From the NCBI GenBank assembly GCA_001179505.1, contig CDMY01000644.1, forward strand, positions 1 to 37,430: DNA of 37,430 nt, read 5' to 3'. The notes under the pieces were generated by a model that searched no databases, was not told the origin of the DNA, and worked only from the letters and a program-made list of their open reading frames with translations. Positions 11,801-22,358 of this stretch are shown piece after piece. Source of the stretch: Vitrella brassicaformis CCMP3155. Taxonomy: Eukaryota; Protista; Chromerida. Position numbers and translations under genes: made by a program. Positions within the stretch are counted from its first letter, which is position 1. Each line of letters opens with the position of its first letter.

Positions 11801-14800
11801 TCACTCACCCATCTGTCCGATGTGTCTGTGTACACAGACGACACCCGGCATTTTCTCCCTCTCTGTCTGTGTGTGTGTGTGTGTGTGTGTGGTGCAGGTG
11901 ATCATCCGCAAGGGTGAGCATCTGGCCGGTGTGATCGACAAGCGCACGACCGGGTCGTCCAGCGGCAGTCTGGTGCACATCCTCTTCCACGAGTGCGGAC
12001 CCGAAAAGACCAATTACTACCTCACATACGCCCAAAAGGTGCGTGAGGGCGCGCACACCCTCTCACCCTCACACCCCTCTGTCTCTCTCACTCACAATAC
12101 ACTGTGTGTGTGTGTGCAGGTGGTGAACTACTGGCTGCTGAACTACGGTTTCTCTGTCGGTGTGGCTGACATCATCCCTGCTGACACGACCGTACGCAAG
12201 TGCACGGCGTGCGACACATCCGGCTGCGCTGCGTGCATATGACATATACGATAGATGTGCACATGATGTGTGTGCTGTGTGGTCTGGTGTGGTGTGTGTG
12301 TGTAGGTGTCGTCTGTGGGTGAGGCGCTGAACAAGTCCAAGGAGGAGGTCAAGAAACTCGTCGGCGAGGCCCAGACCGGCAAACTCAAAACACAGCCCGG
12401 TACCCCCTCCCGCCTCCCCCTCCCTCCTCCCCCTCCCCCCCCACCNNNNNNNNNNNNNNNNNNNNNNNNNNNNNNNNNNNNNNNNNNNNNNNNNNNNNNN
12501 NNNNNNNNNNNNNNNNNNNNNNNNNNNNNNNNNNNNNNNNNNNNNNNNNNNNNNNNNNNNNNNNNNNNNNNNNNNNNNNNNNNNNNNNNNNNNNNNNNNN
12601 NNNNNNNNNNNNNNNNNNNNNNNNNNNNNNNNNNNNNNNNNNNNNNNNNNNNNNNNNNNNNNNNNNNNNNNNNNNNNNNNNNNNNNNNNNNNNNNNNNNN
12701 NNNNNNNNNNNNNNNNNNNNNNNNNNNNNNNNNNNNNNNNNNNNNCCCTCCCCCCCCACCCCTCTCCGTATTTGTGTCTTCATATCATGTGTGTGCAGGC
12801 AAAACCATGTTCGAGTCGTTCGAGAGTCAGGTCAATCAGGAGCTCAACAAAGCCCGCGACACCTCCGGCAAGATCGCGTCCGAGTCTTTGGACGAGAAGA
12901 ACAACATCATCGCGATGGTCTCGGCCGGCTCCAAGGGCAGCAGCATCAACATCTCCCAGATCATGGCCTGCGTCGGGCAGCAGAACGTCGAGGGCAAGCG
13001 CATCCCCTTCGGCTTCGCCAACCGCACCCTCCCGCACTTCACAAAGGACGACTACGGACCTGAGAGCAGAGGATTTGTGGAGAACTCTTACCTCAGCGGA
13101 CTCACCCCCCAGGAGTTCTTCTTTCACGCCATGGGCGGGCGAGAGGGTATCATCGACACGGCCTGCAAGACCTCCGAAACGGGCTACATCCAGCGCCGCC
13201 TCATCAAGGCCATGGAGGATGTGCAGGTGCAGTACGACCGCACCGTCCGCAACTCTCTGGGCAACGTCATCCAGTTCCTCTACGGCGAGGACGGCATGGC
13301 GGGGGAGTTCATCGAGGACCAGGTGCTCGACTTCATGAAGATGAACAACGACAAGCTCGAGGAGACCTACAGGCACGACTATGAGCTGCCACCGGACGAC
13401 AGGGGCATGGAGCGGCCAAATGACAACTACGGCACGGGGTGGCTGTCGGACCGCGTCAGGTGCGCGCGTGTGTGTGTGTGGTTGGATGGATGGATGGATG
13501 GGTGCATCTCTCTCTCTGTGTCTGTCTGTGCGTGTGTGGTGTGCACTGCAGGCAGCAGCTGATAGCCAAAAAGGACGACAGCGATCCCCCGCTCAACGAC
13601 CTGGAGGGCATCAACAGTCTTGAGAAGGAGCTCAAAGACATCAAGGAGGCCAAACACAGACTGTGCACGTACGTCACGTCAGACACCAAGCCACCCCGCC
13701 ACCCACACACATATGAGTGTGTGTGTGTTTTGTCCGTCGTTCTGTCCGTCCGTCTGTGTGTCGTCAGTGAGTATTTCAAGGACGGCGAGGCGAAGCAGCA
13801 CCTGCCCATCAACATAGAGCGCATCATCGAAAACGCCAGGAACCAGTTCCCAAGGAGAGGGGTACGGGGTAACACACCCGCACACACATACACACACACC
13901 ACCCTCCACACACAGGCGCTCATCTCTGTGTGTCTTGTGTCGTGTGTGTAGAGTCTGAATGACCCCCACAACGAGCGCTTCAGCCCAGTGACCATCTGCC
14001 GGGCGGTCGACAAGCTGCTCGAAGAGCTCAAAGTCGTCCAGGTAACTCACCCAGCCCCACCCAAATGCAACACAACACTCCGAACAGCACGCAACACACA
14101 TGTATGTGTGTCTGTATGTGTGTATGGGTGGCAGGGTGATGACGAGATCACGCAGGAGATCCAGCAGAACGCCCGCGGGCTGCTGACGTGCCATCTGCGG
14201 GCGGCCCTGGGCAGCCGCAAACTCATGGAGAAGGACCAGCTCACCGAACAGGCCTTCGAGTGCGTCCTGGGGGCCGTCAGGGAGCAGTTCTTCAAGTCGC
14301 TCGCGCACCCTGGCGAAGTGGTGCGCACATTGACGCACACACACAGATACACACACGGACAGGCGCATCGACTCTCTCTCTGTCTCTGTTTCTGCCTCTG
14401 TGTGCAGGTGGGCGCGTTGGCGGCTCAGTCCATCGGGGAGCCGGCCACTCAGATGACGCTCAACACGTTCCACTTCGCCGGTGTGTCGGCCAAGAACGTG
14501 ACGCTCGGTGTGCCCCGGCTGCGGGAGCTCATCAACGTGGCCAAGACCGTCAAGACCCCCGGGCTGACCGTCTTCCTCAAGCCCGAGTACGTCCATGACC
14601 GCGATAAGGTGCGGGAGGTGTCGACCAACCTCGAGATGTGCAACCTGGACAAGCTCATCTCGTACTGGACCATCATCTACGACCCGGACATCAAATCTTC
14701 CATCACCGAGGTATGGACACCCATGGCGGCCCCTCCCTCTCAACAGACAAGGAGTGTGTGTGTGTGTGTGTGTCGAATGGATGGATGGCTGCAGGACAGG

Positions 14801-17423
14801 GAGTGGGTGGAGGAGTATTTCGACTGGGCTGACGCCGAGAGGGGCGAAGAGGTGGTCTCCCCGTGGGTCCTGCGGGTCGTCCTCGACAGCAAAGTCTTCA
14901 ACGACAAACGACTCGAAATGCAACAGGTCGGTCCGTGCACTCAGTCTTTGCCCCCTTCCCCACACCCACCCACACCCCGACCCCCTTCTCTCTCTGTCAA
15001 TCATCAGATCGGTGAGCGTGTTACGGAGGAGTTCGGTTACAACTTCGTGAGCGTCATCCAGACGGACGACAACGCCGAGGAGCTCGTGATGCGCATTCGG
15101 CTGAAGCCGTCGCCCGAGGGGGAGGAGGCCGAAAACGAGGAGGAGGTCACGCTGCGGCAGATCGCTGAGGCGCTCCCAATGGTGCGCATCAAGGGCATCG
15201 TCGATATCAAGAAGGTCTACATGAGGGAGGAGAACAAAGTCACATACCTCGAGAACGGTACGTCCGCCACACACACAGACACACAGACAGGGAACAGGGC
15301 GCTTGCTTATCCCCCTGTGTGTGTATGGTGTGTGTCAGGGTCGTTCATGCGCACCAAGGAGTGGGTGATGGACACCGATGGCGTCAATCTCCCGGCCGTG
15401 CTTGCAGCCGACGACGTCGACCACACACGAACCATTTCCAACAGCATCGTTGAAGTGGCAGAGGTGCGCCATTGACCATACACAGATGGACGATTGCCAC
15501 CTCTCTCTGAGTCTCTCCCTCTCTGTGTGAATGTGTGTATGCGTGTGTGTGTGTGTGTGTGCGTGTGTGTGTAGACGTTGGGCATCGAGGCGGTGCGTGC
15601 CTCCCTGTTGAATGAGGTCCGCCGTGTGATATCCTTCGACGGCTCCTACGTCAACTACCGACACTTAGCTGTCCTGTGCGACATCATGACGGCCCGAGGG
15701 ACGCTGACGTCCATCACGCGGCACGGCATCAACCGCATCGATCGGGGGCCGATGATGAAGTGCTCGTTTGAGGAGACCGTCGAGATCCTCGTCGATGCGG
15801 CCATGTTCGCCGAGACCGACGAGATGAAGGGCATCACCGAGAACATCATGCTCGGACAACTCTGCAGATTCGGTACGGGGGAAGGCAGACACAACACTTC
15901 GTTCAGACACATGTGGATCGCTGTGTGGTGTGTGGTGTGTTCAGGCACCGGTGCGTTCGACATCATGATTGACGAGGACGGCGTGGCGGCGTGCACAGGC
16001 ACTGCCGAGGGCCAGGACCTTCTGGCGGCCGACGCAGCCGACTTCCTTCACGACAACTACCTCGGCGCTCCCGCAGCGGCCCTCCACTCCCTCCAGTCGA
16101 TGTCAGGCCTCTTCTCCCCCGCCCAGCCGCAGTCACCCGACCTCCCACACACCCTCACCAGCCCCATGCAGGCCGCCTTCATGAACGAGCTGCCCCAGAC
16201 CAAGAAGGGCCAGTACAGCGACGTCAACGCCCTCTTCTCTCCCGAGCCGGGCGGAGGCGAGCGTTTCATGGACCAGGGCCCGATGAGCCCGGCCTTCCAG
16301 GCTCCAATGTCGCCGCAATACCGGCCGGGGGCAGGGGCCGGGCCGCTCTCGCCCATCTACCAGGCGCCCTTCAGCCCCGCGCCACTCAGCCCCGCCTACC
16401 GTCCTGCAGGTGCTGCCGCGGCGGCTGGTCGTGCTGGACCCATGTCACGTCGGCCGTTCTCGCCCAGCTACTCACCCACGTCGCCGTCGTATGGCGCGCC
16501 GATGAGCCCCCGGCCGATGGGTGCGCAGGCGACCACACCCGGCTACGGCATGCGGGCGATGACGCCGGGCTACCAGGTGGGAGGCCGCATGCTCAGCCCG
16601 GGGTACTCGCCCACATCGCCCTCTGGCGTTCCCGGCTACAATCCCGCCAGCCCGGCATACAACCGCATGGGAGGGTACCGGCCCACGTCGCCCGCATACG
16701 CGCCTCTGTCGCCTGGAGGGTATCGTCCGACGTCGCCTGGCCATGCTCCGCTGTCGCCCGGCTACCGACCGCCGCTGTCGCCAGGGTACATCCAGTCTGG
16801 GCGGAGGGGAGGTGCGGGTGCTGCAGGGCCGGTGTCGCCGGGGTACTCACCCAGCTCGCCTGCATACACGCCTCAGTCACCCAACTATGGACCACAACCA
16901 CGTAAGGGAAGCGAGCATCCGTGTATGTGTCTACCGGTGTCACTTCTCTGTGTGTGTGATGGTGTTTGCTGTGTCGCCAGGTGCTGCTGCGTACTCGCCG
17001 ACGTCGCCCAAGTACTCTCCGTCATCCCCCGCCTACAGCCCTCGTCAGTCGGAGCCGCAGGACGCCAGCCCCAAGGCGGCCGTGTCGTCGCCCAGCCAGT
17101 CGTATGAGCTGGCCAGCCCCTCTGAGGAGCCGCCAAGCGCTCAGCAGCCACGGTCAGGCGGCCAGATCAGGCCCGATGCAGGCAGCCCCGAATCGCCCGC
17201 ATACTCGGAAGAAGGTACGACAGACAGACGGACATCAGCAGCACGTCTTGGGAGACGTGTGTGTGTTGACGTGATGTCGGTGTCAACTTCAGGCGGCCCG
17301 CACAGTCCCCACCATGGTGGCCCTCAGAGTCCTGGCGCGATGCCGTTCGGTGCGAGCCCCCCCGACCCCGCCCACCCCGACCCCGCCGAGAGACCTGTGC
17401 CTGAAGATGAGACGGAAGAGTGA
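8863..17423 (+). CDS. RPB1: DNA-directed RNA polymerase II largest subunit (29 exons as spliced by eye)
   Basis: Zn motif CETC...[29 protein letters not shown], catalytic NADFDGD (11156-11176), bridge helix [17 protein letters not shown], trigger loop [18 protein letters not shown]...YVNYRHL, and YSPTSPS-like CTD repeats that identify Pol II. First exon 8863-8958, last exon 17293-17423. Confidence 0.99.
11359..11442 (+). other. Non-canonical GC-AG intron in RPB1
   Basis: The conserved PVMGIIQ|DSLLG junction requires donor CAG|GCACGC and acceptor GTGCAG|GAT. No GT alternative preserves the conserved sequence. Confidence 0.85.
12446..12745. other. Assembly gap (300 N) inside an RPB1 intron
   Basis: The N run is flanked by C-rich tracts. 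Exons on either side join as KLKTQP|GKTMFESFE, contiguous with known RPB1 sequence, so no coding sequence appears lost. Confidence 0.97.
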
Positions 17424-17955
17424 TGCATTCACGCAACAGCGACATGATGGTCGCTGGACGGCTGACCTGTGGTGGTTGGGACAAGTGCTGTGTCTCGGTT
17501 TGTACGTGCGTCCTTGTCCCGTGAGGACAGCTATCAGTTTGACATACGTTAACTCATAGCGCAACGGCAGGCAGAGTCTGTGTGTGTCTGTGCCAGTGAG
17601 GCATCTTTATGAAGACAGATGCAGATGCATGCGTTCACGGATCAAAATGATGGCGGCTTGGTGGACGGGTGGACGGGAATGGGCATGAGTGTGTGTGCTG
17701 ACATGGCTCGATTGCCGAAGTATCCATTGACACAACTGTCTGCCTGTCTGTCTGTCTGGTTAGTCATCATCTTTCGCGCATCCAGCCATGTCTTGACATC
17801 GTCGAGGGCCCCTTTTTTTCCCCCTCTTGTTAAGTTTACAATACACGTTAAGCCAATCCGCGATTTGAATCTTTCTTTCACGCTTTCTTTCAATCTCTTT
17901 CTTTCTCTCGAGCGGAGCACCGAAACCAGCACCCCTTCCTCTCTCCCCAGCAGTG

Positions 17956-18648
17956 ATGATGCGCGTGTTTGGTCTGTTGGTCCTGTTGGCCCTCGCCGGC
18001 GTCGTACACTGCCAGCTCCTCGGCCCAGAGCCCGAGGAACGTGGCGAATCTGAATGTGCCGGGGCGGACCCGGACTGTCAGCCGCTAGCGGCTGGAGGTG
18101 AGGTCACACGAATGCCACCACCATCGTCCACGCAGAGTCTCTGCCCGTGTCTCTGCGTGTCTGTGTGCAGCTGCACGTTTCGTTCATCCTACGCTGGCGC
18201 GGACGAGCGGAACCAACTACAGTGGGCACTTAGGCAGGCGTCGTCTGTGTGCACGGGCTCAAGCCATTGCTCCTGTTCTGTGTGCGTGTCTCTGTGCGTG
18301 TGTGTGTTCTGCAGCTGCGGGTGCTGAGCGTGTGATTTGGAACTGCGACGGAGACGAGGAGTGCGCCGCAGCCGAAGTGACGTGTACGTCGCGCGAATCT
18401 GTCTGAACTCCGATGGACTGATTCATTCCATCTTTTGCTCTTCCTCTCCAATGTATGCAGACACCGGTTTTCCAGGCGGAGGAAATCCCGTGTCTTGGTG
18501 CGCAAATGAGAATTTCTTTGGCATTGGGACTGATTGCGGTGAAGACGCTGCCGATGTAAGACGAAAGGAATCGAAGCGGGAGAACACTTTTCTCCCTTCT
18601 TGGTTGACAGGCATTTTGCGTTTCCTTGGTTGGCAAGGGGTTCACTGA
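17956..18648 (+). CDS. Small putatively secreted Cys-containing protein (4 exons, ~150 aa)
   Basis: Signal-peptide-like MMRVFGLLVLLALAGVVHC. Three phase-1 introns (donors 18098 GTGAGG, GTGGGC, GTACGT; CAG acceptors) join the exons to end ...SWCANENFFGIGTDCGEDAADVRRKESKRENTFLPSWLTGILRFLGWQGVH*. No family recognised. Confidence 0.6.
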
Positions 18649-19805
18649 GGCCAGCTCGTTCAGTCCTCGACTGATTCCTCTGTTGTGTTTTGAAGAAGTG
18701 ACCCGGCCGGGCAGCTTCGACAATTGCGACTCGATTCTCGGCTGTCCCTGCTTCGGCTGGATCGATTGCATTTAGATTCGGTCGAACTCTCCCCTGTCTG
18801 CCCCATGTGTGGTTTTGGTCTGACTGGTCGACAGCGAGAGAGAGAGGAAGAGAGAGAGGGAGAGAGCGAGCACGCTGCTTTGTTTTGTGACGGGTGCTTT
18901 GCTTGGCTTTGTTTGGGTTTGTTCTGTTCCGTCTCGTTTTGTTTGTTTTGCCTAGTGATCTGAAGCCATAGATAGCTCTAGCTGACTGCAGAAAGTCTGA
19001 TAGTCGGCCGAATGAGCCCACGTGCTGTGCTGTGCTGTGCTGTGCATACGCTGCACTCAAAATTGTGCAGATAGCTGAGCTGTGCCCACGCCATCGTTCG
19101 TCGAAAAGACAGGTGCGTGTGCGGGCGGGTGTCTGTCTGTCTGTCTGTCAGCAAGGAAACTGAGCTGGTGCGTACTACGAAATGGCCACTCTTTGATGCG
19201 TACGGACATATTCGCTCAGCTGTTGTCATCACACACGACACCACTGCAGTACATACAATTGCCTGCCTGCCTGCCTCCCTGTTTGCCTTTTGGGTGCGGT
19301 GCACTCGGTCTGTTGGTTTCTGCGTCGTGAAGACGAACAGTCAGTCAGTCAAGCGATAGCTTTGTAGTGTCACGTGCACGTGTGTGGTTGAAACGGATAA
19401 GTGCGGATGGACGAGTGAGTGGGTGAAGGAGATCTTCTGGCCGCCAAGCTCTTAGCTGTACACACTGGTTTAGTGAACCACACATGAACAAACGCATCGA
19501 AACGGACGCCACTCCACTCACACACACAGACGGTTTCACACATCGACACACAGACACAGACACATCGAATGTGTACCATGGATCCATCCAGCCAGCCAGC
19601 ACAAAGGTATGGACATCATCTACACAAGAGCCGCCCTCCTGCTGCAGCCACCAGCAGCCAGGGGGCCACGATAGTACTGGCCGGTCAGGGGCAATCAGTG
19701 GATGGCCACAATGTGTGATCTGAACCACACAGACAACCAAACACAGCCGTGAGCAGCAGCAGAGGAGAGAGGCGGTGGTCTGCGAGTCGCTTTGCGTACC
19801 TAACT

Positions 19806-21304
19806 TTATGTGAGTTGATTGCTGCTGCTGTCCTCATCCATCTCATCGACACTCCTGTGAGACAGACAGACAGACAGCCACGTGTGTACTCATGAGTGCC
19901 CCCATCCCTCCCCTCCGCCCTCAACTCACTGGTCGTCCTCCGTGTGTTGTTGTTGCTGCTCGTCATCGTCGTCAATCATATCGCCATCATGCTCCTCTTC
20001 TCCCCAGTCGCCGCCCATGCAATCCTCCACGCCGTCCTGCACACACACAGACCACACACATTGATGACATGGCATGTGTGCGCGCGTGTGCCTCCTTCCA
20101 CCTCATCCAGATCGTCGCCGTCCCCGCCGCCCTCCAGGCCGTCCTCAGCCATACCGTCCTGCACACACACACACAACAAGGAATCATCACATGCATGTGA
20201 CTGTCTGCCCCTTCTTCCCTGACCTCATCGATGTCATCCTCCTCATCTAGGTCGTCGTCGCTCGAGCCATCATCATCAGATGACTCCTCGCCCCACACCG
20301 CACCGGGCGGCCCCCTCTGGTCCATCCCCTCCCACCCAGATATCACCTTCACCACACACTGACCTCCCCCCGCCCCGCCCACCACCACACGGCCATCAAA
20401 CACACACTCGAATGGCTTGCCATTGCCGAATCCACTGTCGATGTCAGGCAGCTTGTAGTGCAGCGCCTCCTCACACCGAATAAGGTGGATCACGTCACGG
20501 AGGCCATACACGATGCCCTCGTCTACCTGCCCGCCCTCTTCCTCTCCCTGGCTGTCTGATGTGTCCGTGTGTGTGATGTGTGGTGTGACGAAGGCAGTGT
20601 GGCGGAACAGACGGCGCCGCACAGACGGGCTGGCCACATTGCAGACACGCGAGACGAAGAAAGACAGTGCCGCGTTGAGCCGCCGCCCGAGTGGCGTGCG
20701 GGCTGAGAAGGGCAGAGAGGGGGGCTCTATCTTCGAGGCAATCTGACTGCACAACACACCCACACCGAACACAGAGTGGGAAGCCGACAGGGCAGACACA
20801 GTGCGCAGAGGGGCGAGGGACGTGTTGATGAAGCGCATGGCGTGTGTGGGGACAGAGCGATTGAGATAGTCGTGATACACCGACAAAATGCGGCGCTTCT
20901 GTCTGGCTGTCGTGCGAAAGTGTGTGAGTGCTCTGTCTACCGATGCCCCCAGGTGAATCAGATGGTGTGCAGCAGTGTCGTGGCCTCCCCTCACAAACTC
21001 GACAAGGGGTGGCAGCGACCCACCACCGTCTACGTGAGCTCCTGCCTCACGCACCAGAAGTGAAATGACATCGACATCCCAGTGAGCACAAGGGAGGGTA
21101 AACACATCGGCCCTCGCTCCCTGCTGCCTCACCAGCCAATACATCACAGCCCTGTTCCGCGCCTCTGCGGCAACATTTAGCGCATCTCTGCCTCTGTACC
21201 CCTCTACCACCCCCCGTCCCATCCCCTCGACCAGCTTCTCGAGGATTGCGATGTGGGGGTCTGTCTGGCCATCGTGCGCCGCATCCTGCTGCTGCTGCTG
21301 GTGC

Positions 21305-21336
<32 letters not shown>

Positions 21337-22012
21337 GTACTGCTGGTGCTGCTGCTGCTGCTCATCCGATTGCTGGTCCTCGTCCTGTCGGAAGCGGCAC
21401 GCACATGCCTCCTCGAGAGCCCCGTCTCCGTAGAGGCTGGGTGGTGTGGGTGCCGCTGCTGCGGCAGTGGTCAGGCGAGTGACGATCTCCAGGCACTCCT
21501 TCGCCGAGACCTCTTCCATGGGCAAAGAGCGACGACAGCGCACCACCACCATAATAGCCGCACGTCGCTCCGTGCCTCAGGAGGGTCTCAACCATGGGCA
21601 GGAGGGCCCACAGCTGAGTGGGGTCGTCCCGACGCACGCGGTCTAGCAAGGAGCCCAGTGGTCTCTCGTGCATAATGCTGCGAGGCTCAAAGTTCACATC
21701 TGCTCCAGCCTCGATGAGGCACTCCAGCGTCGCGGCACCATCCTCTCCGACACACTTCTCAACGGCCAGATGCAACAGGGAAGGCCAACGCTCCAGCCAG
21801 CCGCCCGGCCAGCCGCCCTTGCGGTACCGCCCGTTGGGGTCGGCCTTCTCTTGCGTCAGCAGCTGGGCCGCTGCGTCAGGTGAGAGGGAGCCATAGTGGA
21901 GCCCGAAGGCCAACTCCTTGGTGGCCGAGAGGGCAAAGGCTGGTGGCCCGCCGCGTGACAGAGCTACCGCGAAGGGCTCGCCGGGCTGCTGCTGTGGCTC
22001 AGAGTCAGACAT
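19806..22012 (-). pseudogene. Frameshifted copy of ankyrin-repeat-like gene family (paralog of 32180-34264)
   Basis: N-terminal part (ORF 21362-22012) and C-terminal part (ORF 19987-21552) lie in different frames. Alignment with the intact paralog shows TTT-GCCC-ATG versus TTC-ACCAGTTCGGCC-ATG, a net 8-nt loss at ~21520-21523. The short acidic downstream exons are conserved. An assembly error cannot be excluded. Confidence 0.7.
21286..21360 (-). repeat. Coding CAG-rich repeat encoding a 25-residue polyQ/H tract
   Basis: (CTG/GTG)n on the + strand encodes QQQQHQQYQQHQQHQQQQQHQQQQQ. Confidence 0.9.
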
Positions 22013-22262
22013 CGCCAGATCTCACCGGCCGCTGCTGGTGCACCTCACAGTCCGTCCACGGCGGGATGGGTCACCATGGCAAAGCTTCCTGACTTGCGTG
22101 TGTGGCAGTGACACACCTCGCCGCTATGTCTTCCAACCTGACACACCATGCACCGACAGGCAAGGGCACATGAATGCATGCAGGCTTGCCAGATCCGTGC
22201 GTTCCTTTCCTTCCCATCGCATGCGAATGCTTACCGTCGTCATGGTGGTTGGTTGGTTATGT

Positions 22263-22306
22263 GCGCACCATCACCAGCATTGCGGCGCACCATCACCAGC
22301 ATTGCG
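22263..22306. repeat. Perfect 22-bp tandem duplication
   Basis: GCGCACCATCACCAGCATTGCG x2 (22263-22284, 22285-22306), ~50 nt upstream of the ATG at 22359. Confidence 0.9.
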
Positions 22307-22358
22307 AGCTCGTAAGTGGCGATCCGCTCCAGTGTGAAGAACACACCGCTTCGGCGCC

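Larger units (their letters stand above)
19806..22030 (-). repeat. Left arm of ~2.2 kb inverted segmental duplication
   Basis: The reverse complement aligns with 32161-~34400 from just upstream of the ATG through introns and acidic exons, with long identical stretches in the 3' half. Confidence 0.9.

Noticed and set aside
13679-15274. 531-aa minus-strand ORF, and 12780-13376 (-)
   Set aside because: Antisense shadows of GC3-rich RPB1 exons.
18650-19800. ORFs 18230-19060 (-), 18259-18771 (-) and others
   Set aside because: Low-complexity or UTR-like, overlapping the better-supported + strand gene, with no motifs.
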